From positions 611,030-675,029 of the forward strand of contig CAZNUP010000001.1 of the NCBI GenBank assembly GCA_964576435.1: a DNA stretch of 64,000 bases, written 5' to 3'. The notes under the pieces are model-generated. The model did no database searches. It was not told the origin of the DNA and saw only the letters and a program-made list of their open reading frames with translations. The translations under genes were made by a program, and so were the position numbers. The first letter of the stretch is position 1; each line of letters opens with the position of its first letter. This DNA is from an uncultured Gammaproteobacteria bacterium. GTDB lineage: Bacteria > Patescibacteriota > Microgenomatia > JAMCZE01. Shown one piece after another: positions 19,790 to 29,692 of this stretch.

Positions 19790-21231
19790 TTTTCAAGTTT
19801 TACACTAACCACCTTGTATTCAGGTGGTAAATCCAAACTTCTCAAGTACCCGAGCTCACTCTCGTCGTAGTTTATTTTGCCAGAGTTGGCAACTTCACAA
19901 TCTTTAGAATTAGTAACTTTTTTCGTTATTAAATCTACTAAATAATTCTCAGTTATGAATGAATTAGTAATCGCAATACACATTTTGTTTTCTTCAATCT
20001 CAAAAGAATTTATGTAAATATTTTTGCTCTCTTTGGGAAATGGGAGCTTCATAAGCGGAGTCAACTCTTTAGACTCAAGTGAGTACACCGTTAAATAGTC
20101 GTTAATGAAAGCTACCTTTTTAGATTTTTGTAAATAACTAACGTTTAATACATCTTTAGGCACGTTACCCTCCGGAACAAGCACAACTTTGTTTTGAGAA
20201 TCTGAAACCGGGATGGCACTAAGTGATGTATATTTACCAGGAAAAATATAATCTTCTCCTAATATTGCCGAATGGCTGGCAACTAAAAATCTATCTTGTT
20301 CATCAAAACCAATAAATTCTTCACCCATATTACATCCGAGATGCGAATCGAAAATAAATCTTTGCTCTTTGGAATCCGGATTAAAGTAGGTATAAGTTTT
20401 ATTTCCTCCACAACCATCACCAAAACCACCAATCAAAAAATATTCATTTCCGATCTTTTCTAAACGAAAAGCCGTATCCGTAATTTCAATTGGTTTAAAA
20501 TCATTTGACGACAAAGAAACATAAAAAACCTTTCTAGGGTCCATGTATCCTATTAACCCAAAGTACAATTCGTTTCCCAAAATTACCAAATTGTGTATTC
20601 CACCCTGGCTGTCTTTTGGTTCTTCAAAAATTGTTTTAATTTCTCCACTCTTAATATTTAAGACTTCAAGTTTTTTACCAAAGTCTCGCGTATAAAATAA
20701 AAAGTCATTAACTTTAACTATATTTTTTGAATCTATTCCTCCTGAAGACGTTGCAATAATCTGGCTACCCTTAACTATTCTATATTCAGATCTATAAAAT
20801 TCTTTCCCTGAAGACAATTTCAAAGAAGTGTCCAAATTATTAGGAACTGCGCTTTTAACCGCCATAATTACATCAGCATTATCCATGATAGGAAAATATA
20901 TTTTACTTTTAATACCTGCTCTAGCAATTACCCACGGTGCCCTAGACGGTGACGACACAATGACAAATAGTTCTTTGCCATTAATATTTTCTTTACCCGT
21001 AACCACCCCAACCCAACGAACATCACTATTTGGATTATTAAACACAACCCGGTCACCAACTTTAGGCTCCGATCGTAAATAAGTCACACTTTCCGAAAGC
21101 ATCATTTGACCTCTTTTAATTGGCGAAATGGGATCTCCTCCAACCTGAATGGGACTAGCTAAAAACATCACCACAGGAACAACTAACAATAGAAGCCAAA
21201 CAGCAAATAAAATAGCGCCAAGTCTGCTCAT
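19786..21231 (-). CDS. Hypothetical membrane-anchored protein (S26-like N-domain, beta-rich C-region)
   Basis: Start moved to ATG 21231 (MSRLGAILF) to avoid overlapping the divergent gene; 'PKVGDRVVF' motif. Confidence 0.65.
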   Translation of the reverse strand: MSRLGAILFAVWLLLLVVPVVMFLASPIQVGGDPISPIKRGQMMLSESVTYLRSEPKVGDRVVFNNPNSDVRWVGVVTGKENINGKELFVIVSSPSRAPWVIARAGIKSKIYFPIMDNADVIMAVKSAVPNNLDTSLKLSSGKEFYRSEYRIVKGSQIIATSSGGIDSKNIVKVNDFLFYTRDFGKKLEVLNIKSGEIKTIFEEPKDSQGGIHNLVILGNELYFGLIGYMDPRKVFYVSLSSNDFKPIEITDTAFRLEKIGNEYFLIGGFGDGCGGNKTYTYFNPDSKEQRFIFDSHLGCNMGEEFIGFDEQDRFLVASHSAILGEDYIFPGKYTSLSAIPVSDSQNKVVLVPEGNVPKDVLNVSYLQKSKKVAFINDYLTVYSLESKELTPLMKLPFPKESKNIYINSFEIEENKMCIAITNSFITENYLVDLITKKVTNSKDCEVANSGKINYDESELGYLRSLDLPPEYKVVSVKLEN

Positions 21232-21265
21232 AAAAGTATTATAGTGAATTGATTTCTGTGTTAAA

Positions 21266-21805
21266 ATGACTGAAATGACAGCTCTTGAACTAATTAAACT
21301 TGAATTAAAAGACGCAAGGATCACTTTTGAAGACACAGTCAGAGATGTCTCCATTGAAATGTTAGGCAAAGACCCAGGAGGAATGGCATTACCTCTAGAA
21401 GCGGCAATTGCTCATTTAATTCTTTTTGAAGACCTCCTAATTCAAAAATTTTTAGCAGGAAAGGCACCACTTTACGAGTCAAGCTACCTTGAAAAAACCG
21501 GACTCAGTAGTTTAATGCCTAATTTGGATGAAAATTGGTCCAAAAATCATCTCGATTGGGCAAAGTCTTTGAAAATGGACTTATCATCATTTAACTCTTA
21601 TAAACAAGCAGTTTATGAAGCAACCGATTCTTATATAAATTCATTAAAAGAAGAAGATATGGAAAAAGAAATAGACATGGGTGCTTTTGGCAAACATAAA
21701 GTAGCCCCTTTACTATTTAACTTCATTATTGCTCACACCCTAAGTTTGACAGGAGAGATTTCCGCAGCAAAAGGCGTCCAAGGACAAAAAGGATACGCTT
21801 TCTAA
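21266..21805 (+). CDS. DinB/YfiT-like family protein
   Basis: 'AHL..ED' and 'H...TGEISA.KG.QG.KG' motifs. Confidence 0.75.
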   Translation: MTEMTALELIKLELKDARITFEDTVRDVSIEMLGKDPGGMALPLEAAIAHLILFEDLLIQKFLAGKAPLYESSYLEKTGLSSLMPNLDENWSKNHLDWAKSLKMDLSSFNSYKQAVYEATDSYINSLKEEDMEKEIDMGAFGKHKVAPLLFNFIIAHTLSLTGEISAAKGVQGQKGYAF

Positions 21806-21893
21806 AATCTCCTTACAAACTTCGTACCTTCTCCTCACATACATCCAAAGTCAAAGTAGCATAATTGGTTAAGAAAAAGGGGGGTGAGAATTT

Positions 21894-22148
21894 ATGAGTA
21901 CAGACAAATCAAAAACCCCAAGTTCAAATGACAATGCAAAGCTTGGTGCCGCCGCAGTTGGAGGAGCCGTTGTAGGTGCCGCCGCAGCAGTTGTCGCAAC
22001 TAAAGTTTTGTCAAACGAAGAAAACCGCGACAAAATTAAAGAAACTGTCAGCAATGTAGCAAATGGCGCTTTAGATGCAGCAAGTAAAATTCAAACTAAG
22101 GCAGAAGATACTACCGAAGATGTAAAAAAAGCAGTTAAACAAAAGTAA
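21894..22148 (+). CDS. Small YtxH-like protein
   Basis: Gly/Ala-rich helix plus charged tail; GGGGGGTGA SD. Confidence 0.7.
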   Translation: MSTDKSKTPSSNDNAKLGAAAVGGAVVGAAAAVVATKVLSNEENRDKIKETVSNVANGALDAASKIQTKAEDTTEDVKKAVKQK

Positions 22149-23340
22149 TTGCGACACCTTTTTTGTCCGCCCGGCCGGTGCGACCAATTCTGTGAACATA
22201 GTTTTCCTGAGACTCAGGAAGCTCAAAGTTAATGACATGAGAGACATTTGGAATATCAAGCCCTCTTGATGCCACATCTGTTGCAAGCAAAACTTGAATT
22301 TCATCCTTTTTAAACCTATCTAAAGTTCTAAGCCTTTGATTTTGATTCTTATTTCCGTGAATTGCATCCGATCTAATTCCACGTCTAACAAGTTCATCAG
22401 ATAATTTTTGTACGCCCCACTTAGTTCTTCCAAAGATAAGCACCTTTTCAAATCCCTCTTGTCTAAGCATGTCATGAAGTACGTCAATTTTGTTTTGTCC
22501 AACCTGAACTCTTACTGTCTGTTGGGTTACATTCTCCGCAGTTTCCCGAGTCTTAACTGAAACCGTAATTGGATCTTTAACAAAAGTTTGAATAATAGAA
22601 GCTACTTTTCCATCAATTGTGGCACTGAAAAATAGTGACTGTCTAACATCTGGGAGAAGTGAAATCAAATATCTGATGTCTTGGATAAATCCAATATCCA
22701 CCATATGGTCTGCTTCATCTAAAACTACAGTCGAGAATCTATTTAGATGAATTGAATGGGTTTCAGCAAGATCCTTAAGTCTTCCAGGTGTTCCAATCAG
22801 AAAATTATAATTCTGGTGACGAACTGCATCCTTTTGTCTTTGCATGTTAGTCCCACCAATTGCCAAAACTGAATTAACATTTAAGTTTCTAGAAAAAGCA
22901 ATAAATTCTTCTCGAATTTGAAAAGCGAGTTCCCTTGTAGGAGCAACTATTAAAATTCTTTCGTTTCTATTTAAAAGCACCTTGTTAATAAGTGGAATCA
23001 AAAATGCCGCTGTTTTGCCAGTTCCCGTATTAGCAAGACCAATAAGATCTCTACCGGCTAAAACTCCAGGAACTGCTTGGTCTTGAATTGGAGTGGGACT
23101 TACATACCCCTTAGCCAGAACATTTTTTAAAAGCTCTGGTTGAATTGGGAAATCCTCAAATTTATTAACAACCTGATATTCAGTTTGTGGAAACAAATTT
23201 TCAGGTTGCTTCGTGTTAATAAAGAGTTCTGGGTTGAAAGTCTTTGTTCTGCCAAATCCGCCATTAGAACCACCTCGTGGTCTAAAACCCGAATTTTGTG
23301 GCCTATTCCCTCGTGATTTGAAATTTCTATATAAATTCAT
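22135..23340 (-). CDS. DEAD-box RNA helicase
   Basis: Q motif, ANTGTGKT, PTREL, DEAD, SAT, HRIGRTGR. Confidence 0.96.
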   Translation of the reverse strand: MNLYRNFKSRGNRPQNSGFRPRGGSNGGFGRTKTFNPELFINTKQPENLFPQTEYQVVNKFEDFPIQPELLKNVLAKGYVSPTPIQDQAVPGVLAGRDLIGLANTGTGKTAAFLIPLINKVLLNRNERILIVAPTRELAFQIREEFIAFSRNLNVNSVLAIGGTNMQRQKDAVRHQNYNFLIGTPGRLKDLAETHSIHLNRFSTVVLDEADHMVDIGFIQDIRYLISLLPDVRQSLFFSATIDGKVASIIQTFVKDPITVSVKTRETAENVTQQTVRVQVGQNKIDVLHDMLRQEGFEKVLIFGRTKWGVQKLSDELVRRGIRSDAIHGNKNQNQRLRTLDRFKKDEIQVLLATDVASRGLDIPNVSHVINFELPESQENYVHRIGRTGRADKKGVAITFV

Positions 23341-23499
23341 GAGACCTGCATAAAGTAACTAGTGTGGGAAGCTAAAGTAAGGAGGGGAGACACAAACCTA
23401 AAGTAAAAAAATATTAGGAGGCTCGTTATCTAAGACCAATCCGTAAATGCTTTCCGTATTTATGCAGATCTCAAGAATCAATCTGCGGATATAAATAGT

Positions 23500-23528
23500 A
23501 TTGTATCACAACCCCTCGGTCTTGTCAA
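23500..23528 (-). promoter_or_regulatory. Sigma70 promoter of DEAD-box helicase
   Basis: TTGACA-17 nt-TACAAT with extended TG, about 160 nt upstream of the ATG. Confidence 0.7.
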
Positions 23529-23638
23529 TCTAAAGATAGGAGTGATAAATGTAAGAATCGCCTGTTGCTTTTTACTAGATATTTAATATAGTCAAAGGAG
23601 AGACAATTCTTAGAAACAACTGAAGGAGGTGAGAAATA

Positions 23639-24313
23639 ATGTTTGAAATATTAATTTTCTTTGTTTTCGCAACAATCATCGGTTTGATGTTCATGTTCTT
23701 TGGCTATCCATTCTTCCGAATTCTTTTGCCTATTTGGGCATTTTTTGCAGGACTTTTGTTTGGCTTTAACGGACTTCAATCCTTGTTTGGTGTTGGCTTC
23801 GTATCCGCCTCACTAGGCCTCATCGCAGGTATAGCATTAGGCGCGGTCTTAGCCGCTCTGGCATATTTTGTTTATGAAATTGCTGTTTATATCTTTGGCG
23901 CTTCCATAGGTTATGTCCTAGGAGCCGGTTTGGTCACAGCCCTTGGCTTTGACCCAGGTTTCTTAAGCACAATCGTTGGATTAGCTGGCGCTGTAGTATT
24001 AGCACTTCTTTTCATGAAGACAGAGATGCCAAAGTTCTTGATCATTGTTCTCACAGCAGCAGCTGGAGCAATGGGCGTCATCACTGGTCTTTTTGTCCTT
24101 TTTGGCAGAGTTCCAGACGCAGCAGGAGCACTTCAGTTAACACAATATTTGGTAACTGGATCATGGTTCTGGCTCTTAATTTGGATCATCTTGATGGTCG
24201 TTGGCATGGGCTTCCAATATATGGTAGTCACAACCAACGAACAAATGAGCCAAAAAGAATTACAAGAAGCATACGTTTGGAATAAAGAGTATAAGAAAAT
24301 GGGTAAGAAGTAG
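23639..24313 (+). CDS. DUF4203-like multi-pass membrane protein
   Basis: 'FFGY.FFRILLPIWAF..G' motif; AAGGAGGTGA SD. Confidence 0.8.
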   Translation: MFEILIFFVFATIIGLMFMFFGYPFFRILLPIWAFFAGLLFGFNGLQSLFGVGFVSASLGLIAGIALGAVLAALAYFVYEIAVYIFGASIGYVLGAGLVTALGFDPGFLSTIVGLAGAVVLALLFMKTEMPKFLIIVLTAAAGAMGVITGLFVLFGRVPDAAGALQLTQYLVTGSWFWLLIWIILMVVGMGFQYMVVTTNEQMSQKELQEAYVWNKEYKKMGKK

Positions 24314-24328
24314 CCTTTTAAGGCTAAG

Positions 24329-24366
24329 ATCCTCCTCGCGCACTAAAGCCGAGGAGGATTTTTTTT
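24329..24366 (+). terminator. Rho-independent terminator
   Basis: ATCCTCCTCG / CGAGGAGGAT stem followed by T-run. Confidence 0.85.
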
Positions 24367-24380
24367 GGTAAAATCGAGTA

Positions 24381-25007
24381 ATGTTAGTCTATTTAGTAAG
24401 ACACGGCGAAAGCGAAGAAAACGCAACTAGAACTTATACTGGAGGAAGTGCTTCACTAACCCCCACGGGAATTAAACAAGCCAAGCAGTTAGCAAAAAGG
24501 TTTAAGAAAATTCCCATCAACAAAATCTATTCAAGTGATATGGTAAGAGCAAAGCAGACTACTGACATCATAAATAAAGTATTAAAGATGGAAGTAAATA
24601 CTTCTGAACTAATACGAGAAAAGGCACATGCCACTATCCTCAATGGAAAAAGATTTGATCACGAAGTTGCTATAGAAGTAATGGACCAAATAAATAAAAA
24701 CATGCACGACAAAAATTTTAGGTATTCTGATGAAGAAACCTTCGAACTATTAAAAGAACGTGTCTTTAAGTTTATGAGGGATCTTGAAAAAGAATCCGCC
24801 GAAAACATTTTAATTGTAGCCCATGGTTTAACAATGAGAGCAATGGTTGGGTATGTTTTATTTGGAGAAAGTTTTAATTCCTATGATTATGTAAAACTTC
24901 GTGACCACTCAAAAACTAAAAATACTGGAATAACACTTTTTGAATTTGACGACAATAAAGAATGGACTCTCCTAACTTGGAACGACTACGCTCACCTTGG
25001 GGAATAG
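24381..25007 (+). CDS. Histidine phosphatase family protein
   Basis: LVRHGES, SSDMVRA, VAHG motifs. Confidence 0.93.
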   Translation: MLVYLVRHGESEENATRTYTGGSASLTPTGIKQAKQLAKRFKKIPINKIYSSDMVRAKQTTDIINKVLKMEVNTSELIREKAHATILNGKRFDHEVAIEVMDQINKNMHDKNFRYSDEETFELLKERVFKFMRDLEKESAENILIVAHGLTMRAMVGYVLFGESFNSYDYVKLRDHSKTKNTGITLFEFDDNKEWTLLTWNDYAHLGE

Positions 25008-25016
25008 TACAGTTTG

Positions 25017-25820
25017 TTATTCTGTTTTTCCGGTTGTTGCATTGAAGCAAGAAGCATAAATGGATTTAGGCACTCTGTACTTTTGCATATCGCTACAAAT
25101 TGCAATATCTTGTCCTTCCCAAACAACATTCCATTTGCCACTTGTTCTTTTAGCTATCCAAGTCCAACCCCCTATACTTGAAGCAGAACCAATAGCAAAA
25201 TCTCCATCAACCTTTTGAACTCTAAAGATTAAAGGCACTGGACCCGAAGTTTGACTTTGCGCGTGTTTATAAATTGATCCAAACTGGGTTTGGTAGCCAA
25301 GCTGCTTTTGGTCAATTGTTCCACAGGATAAATAGGCAAATGGATCAGAATGAATTGCTAAGTTGTTTACACAATAAACATCATCTTTAACAAAGCCTAA
25401 GTTTTTAAACCACAAATCATTAGGCTTTGAGTTTGTGTTTTCGGAACTTTCTTTAAATCCCTTACTTAAATAATATTTCTTTATTTTTGAAGCCAAGGGA
25501 TCTATAAAACTAGAATCTACTTTCATAAGTTCGTCTGTCGTAAAGTCTCCATATTTACCAATTCCATTAGCCCCATTTGTTCCAAGAATTATTTGCTGTG
25601 AAGTAAGTGGAATTTGCTTCCCATCACTTGTCCAATCAACATAGCCTGAATCACGAATTTCAACTTTAACTCCCAATGTCTTAGCAAGCTCTTGAAGAGT
25701 GGTGGTTTCAAATTTAACCTGAGATTCAATTTCTTTAGGAGCTTCTACTTTTCTAACAAAAAGAAAATACCAAATAGCGAGAAGGAGAACCATACCAACA
25801 ATAAAGAAAACTTTCTTCAT
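25017..25820 (-). CDS. Hypothetical membrane-anchored protein
   Basis: N-terminal TM; C-terminal 'W.VVWEGQD...C..M.KY.VP' motif. Confidence 0.7.
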   Translation of the reverse strand: MKKVFFIVGMVLLLAIWYFLFVRKVEAPKEIESQVKFETTTLQELAKTLGVKVEIRDSGYVDWTSDGKQIPLTSQQIILGTNGANGIGKYGDFTTDELMKVDSSFIDPLASKIKKYYLSKGFKESSENTNSKPNDLWFKNLGFVKDDVYCVNNLAIHSDPFAYLSCGTIDQKQLGYQTQFGSIYKHAQSQTSGPVPLIFRVQKVDGDFAIGSASSIGGWTWIAKRTSGKWNVVWEGQDIAICSDMQKYRVPKSIYASCFNATTGKTE

Positions 25821-25839
25821 TAAATCATGATACCAAATG

Positions 25840-26133
25840 CTACTGATTTTTGGAAAATTTATTAATTTCCTCGATAACAGGTAGAAGTTTCACTCCTTTG
25901 TTACTAAGCTTGTAAACAACAGACTGCCTGTCGACAGTTTCCTCCTCGCGTTCAATAATCTTTTCTTTTTCCAGTTTCTTAAGACGAGTTGTAAGGGTGA
26001 CGGGATTTGCATCACCCACAGCTCTTTGTAGTTGGCAAAACCTCATTGGCTCCAAAGATAAGTTGTGAACCACACAAAGTGTGAGTGAATCACCAATAAT
26101 TTTTACAGTTTTATTAAATTGGCTAGTTGACAT
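25840..26133 (-). CDS. HxlR family transcriptional regulator
   Basis: 'RF.QLQRA....NPVTLT.RLKKLE....I.R..V.Y.L..KG' motif. Confidence 0.9.
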   Translation of the reverse strand: MSTSQFNKTVKIIGDSLTLCVVHNLSLEPMRFCQLQRAVGDANPVTLTTRLKKLEKEKIIEREEETVDRQSVVYKLSNKGVKLLPVIEEINKFSKNQ

Positions 26134-26169
26134 GCTTTATAAATTAAAGTACTATAAATATTATAGCAT
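26134..26169. promoter_or_regulatory. Compact divergent promoter/operator region
   Basis: 36 nt between starts, with palindromes CTTTA-N5-TAAAG and CTATAA-N3-TTATAG. Confidence 0.5.
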
Positions 26170-26775
26170 ATGGATTTTTCAAAACCAGTTAACGATCAAA
26201 GTCTAAGTAACGCAGCCGCCGCTCTAGCTCAAAATGGCATTACTGTTGATATTGTAGAAAACAAAGAGCAGGCTAAAGAAAAGGTCAAAAATTTAATTCC
26301 CAAAGAGTCCAAAGTTATGACTATGACTTCAATTACCCTTGAACAAACGGGGATTAAAGAATTAATTGATGATTCTGGATATTACTATTCAATTAGAAAC
26401 AACTTTCCAAATATGTCCGCAGATGAAAAAAGATGTCAAGGTTCTGTTCCGGATTGGTCCATAGCAAGTGTGCATGCAGTAACTGAAAATGGACAAATTA
26501 TAATTGCCTCGAATACTGGCAGCCAACTCCCGGCAGCAGCATATGGCGCCAAGAATGTCGTTTTTGTTGTAGGAACCCAAAAAATAGTCAAAGATCTCGA
26601 AGAAGCCTGGAAACGAATTGAATATATACTTCCATTTGAGTCAAAAAGATCTCAAGCGGCCTACAATTTGCCAGAAACTTGGCAAACATTTCCAAGTAAA
26701 ATCCTCATTTTGCAGAAAGAAATCCAAGAAGGAAGAATTCATTTAATCTTCGTCAAAGAGACCCTTGGCTTCTAA
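26170..26775 (+). CDS. LUD-domain (lactate utilisation-like) protein
   Basis: 'S.TL', 'SVHAVTE.G', 'S.TGSQL', 'VVG.QKIV.DL' motifs. Confidence 0.85.
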   Translation: MDFSKPVNDQSLSNAAAALAQNGITVDIVENKEQAKEKVKNLIPKESKVMTMTSITLEQTGIKELIDDSGYYYSIRNNFPNMSADEKRCQGSVPDWSIASVHAVTENGQIIIASNTGSQLPAAAYGAKNVVFVVGTQKIVKDLEEAWKRIEYILPFESKRSQAAYNLPETWQTFPSKILILQKEIQEGRIHLIFVKETLGF

Positions 26776-26794
26776 TAAATGTTAAAATTCAGAT

Positions 26795-28135
26795 ATGAAA
26801 GCCACTTTAAGTGTCACTGACTTGTCTAAGTCCTATTCGATCCCTCTTTTCACCGGGGTTACGCTTCATGCACAAGCTCCTGAAAAAATAGCCTTGATAG
26901 GAGAAAACGGCTCAGGAAAATCTACACTTCTTAAAGTATTGGCAGGGCTCGAATCATCACCCACAGGCTCCGTAATTTGGTCAAAAGCTTCTCAAATTGG
27001 CTATTTAGAGCAAGAAATTGGAGGGGATTTAGATACCGCTTCAGGAGGCGAAAAAAAATTAGTTAAACTTTCGCAACTTTTTTATGGAGGCTATGATGCA
27101 ATTCTTCTTGACGAACCAGACAATCACTTGGATTTAGAAAACAAAAAGTGGTTCGAAAATATTGTAAAAGAATATGAGGGACTTCTGATTGTTATTAGTC
27201 ACGACAGAACTTTTCTAAGAAACAGTGTCAATAGATTTTGGCTTTTGGAGGAAGAGAAAGTTAACGACTATCCTTTTAACTATGAACAGTTCGGGGAAAT
27301 TTATGGAGATGCTCAAGCATCAAGAAAGCATTTATGGGAAACGCAGGAAAAAGAGCGGAGGAGGCTTGAAGAACTCATAAAAGTTTACAAAGTAAGAGCA
27401 GCAGCAAATACTAAAATGGCAAAATCTTACTCTGGAATGATCAAAAGATATGATCGTTTTGTAGAAAATATGGTTCCAAAACCGAAAGAAGTTAAAACTT
27501 TAGGCTTTGGAGTCAAACTAGAAAAGCAGCCAGCTAAAAAAACCGCCCTTCACCTAACTAATTTATCAAAGTCTTATGGCAAAAAGTCTGTTTTAAGAGA
27601 TTTATCCGTCCACATTTTTTGCGGAGAAAAAGTGGCCATTAACGCTCCAAATGGCTCAGGAAAATCAACGCTACTAAATATAATTTCAGACAAATTGAAA
27701 GCGGATTCTGGAGAAGTCTATATTGGACCAAATTTAAAAGTTGGCTATTACACCCAGGAACACCTTGAATCACTAGAAGAAGACAAGACGCTTGTTGAAG
27801 AGCTGCAGAAATCCTTACATCTTCATCACTATGATGCCATTTCCTATTTAAAACGCTTCCTCTTCACCCCAAGCCAAATCGAAGGGCAAGTAAAATACCT
27901 AAGTGGTGGACAAAAATCTAGGCTTCAGTTGGCAAAATTCTTGGGGTTAAATCCAGATATTCTGATTTTAGACGAGCCAACAAACCACCTTGATCTAAAA
28001 ACCGTCCTAGCTCTAGAAAAGTTTCTTATCTCTTATACTGGAACATTGGTATTAGTTTCCCATGACAAAGAACTGGTCGAGCATGTTGTGACAAAGAATT
28101 ACTCCTTAGAAGATGGTGTCCTAGCAGAAATTTAA
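26795..28135 (+). CDS. ABC-F family ATPase
   Basis: Two ABC domains (GENGSGKST; LSGGQK; LDEPTNHLD), no TM. Confidence 0.9.
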   Translation: MKATLSVTDLSKSYSIPLFTGVTLHAQAPEKIALIGENGSGKSTLLKVLAGLESSPTGSVIWSKASQIGYLEQEIGGDLDTASGGEKKLVKLSQLFYGGYDAILLDEPDNHLDLENKKWFENIVKEYEGLLIVISHDRTFLRNSVNRFWLLEEEKVNDYPFNYEQFGEIYGDAQASRKHLWETQEKERRRLEELIKVYKVRAAANTKMAKSYSGMIKRYDRFVENMVPKPKEVKTLGFGVKLEKQPAKKTALHLTNLSKSYGKKSVLRDLSVHIFCGEKVAINAPNGSGKSTLLNIISDKLKADSGEVYIGPNLKVGYYTQEHLESLEEDKTLVEELQKSLHLHHYDAISYLKRFLFTPSQIEGQVKYLSGGQKSRLQLAKFLGLNPDILILDEPTNHLDLKTVLALEKFLISYTGTLVLVSHDKELVEHVVTKNYSLEDGVLAEI

Positions 28136-28204
28136 TGGGTTTACATAACCTATAATATATAGTATACTTACTACTATATATACGAGGCTACAGCCTCTTT
28201 TTTT

Positions 28205-29692
28205 ATGGCTAGGTTCAAACTTTCATTCCCTAAAAAAATAGCAAATACCCTTAAAAGGGCCCTTACCTGGCTAAGGCTCAGGTTCTCAAGGCTATTTTCC
28301 TGGTTCAAGCTTAAATTTTCCAGATTATTTGCTTGGGGAAAAGGTCAAGTTGACTCACACCCAATAAGAAGTTTTGTGGCCCTCTTTGCTTTAATTTTCT
28401 TAGCAATTGTCCTAAGTAACTTCCTAAATAAGCCGGTAGCCGAGGAAAAAGAGGAAACTATCCCAAAACAAGTAAGCGTGTTTTCCATAGGTGAAGCTCC
28501 TAAAGTAACACTTCAAGGTCAAGTTGAAAAAAGTGGAGTCATTCCAGTAATTGCTCAAACTGGAGGCATTGTCCAAAGTGTAAATGCAAAGGAAGGGCAA
28601 GAAGTGGGCAGAGGAGCTTGGTTAGCATCACTCTCTTCAAACTATCAAGGTGGGAGTGTTCCAGGTTTGCAGCGCCAAATAGCCCAAGCACAATATGACA
28701 ATATTAGCCAAACTTTTGGCGATCAAATGAGTATTATTCAAAGTCAAAGAAATTTGGCCACCGCATCAGGCCAGACGCCACAGGATAATCAAAATATAGC
28801 TGAGCAAGCAGTAAGTGACGCTCAAAGTTTAGTCGGATTAAATGACACCATTTTAAATTCCTTAAATCAAACTCTTTTAGACTTAAAAACAAATAACACA
28901 AATGGCAGTAACGACACAATGATTCTTTCAACCGAGCAAATTATAGCTGGTGTAACTGCTGGTCAAAATCAAACTAAAAATGGTTTAAGGTTAGCTCAAT
29001 CTCAAACCCAGACTTCACAGTTCCAAAAAGAAACTGCCTTAAAGCAACTAGACATCCAAGAAAAGGCACTAATTATGTCCAAAGAAATTAGTGGCCTCCA
29101 ATTGAAGTTGTCTCAGGTAGCAGAAAGTATGATGTTCCCAAGCTCTCCTTTTAATGGAGTAGTTCAAAAACTTTTTGTTAAAGAAGGACAACTCATAAGC
29201 CCGGGAACAACTATTGCCGTAATTAGTTCCACAGAAGGCAAAACAGCCAAGGTAACCGTTTTTGTGCCTAAAGATATAGCAACACGGGTTTCAAGACTTG
29301 AACCAAGTAGACTAAATGTCGGTGGAAAATCCGTTTCACTAGCCCCACTTTTTGTTTCAACAGAAGCCGTTTCAGGAAATCTTTATGCAGTAACCTATAT
29401 TTTGCCAGAAAGCATGACCCAAGGTCTTACTGACAAAGAATTTATTTCAGTTGAAATCCCAGTAGGTTATGCCAAATCTTTAGCATCAGATCCCTTTATT
29501 CCAATAGACGCAGTTTATCAATCCCCAGAATCAGCCTATATTTACGTTGTTAAAAATGGCAAAGCCGTAGTTAAACCAATTTCTTTGGGACAAATCTTTG
29601 GCAGCTTCGTTGAAGTCACAAAAGGCTTAGGTTCTGGCGACAAAATTATTCTTGATAGAACAGTAATCGCCGGCGACCATGTCAGAATTTAA
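28205..29692 (+). CDS. RND efflux membrane-fusion/adaptor protein
   Basis: TM anchor, split lipoyl halves around a long coiled coil, C-terminal 'IP..AV' and 'EVTKGL..GD.II'. Confidence 0.85.
   Translation: MARFKLSFPKKIANTLKRALTWLRLRFSRLFSWFKLKFSRLFAWGKGQVDSHPIRSFVALFALIFLAIVLSNFLNKPVAEEKEETIPKQVSVFSIGEAPKVTLQGQVEKSGVIPVIAQTGGIVQSVNAKEGQEVGRGAWLASLSSNYQGGSVPGLQRQIAQAQYDNISQTFGDQMSIIQSQRNLATASGQTPQDNQNIAEQAVSDAQSLVGLNDTILNSLNQTLLDLKTNNTNGSNDTMILSTEQIIAGVTAGQNQTKNGLRLAQSQTQTSQFQKETALKQLDIQEKALIMSKEISGLQLKLSQVAESMMFPSSPFNGVVQKLFVKEGQLISPGTTIAVISSTEGKTAKVTVFVPKDIATRVSRLEPSRLNVGGKSVSLAPLFVSTEAVSGNLYAVTYILPESMTQGLTDKEFISVEIPVGYAKSLASDPFIPIDAVYQSPESAYIYVVKNGKAVVKPISLGQIFGSFVEVTKGLGSGDKIILDRTVIAGDHVRI

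Noticed and set aside
21232-21369. Extension of the 19786 ORF to 21369
   Set aside because: Overlaps the divergent DinB-like gene; ATG 21231 gives a proper signal anchor
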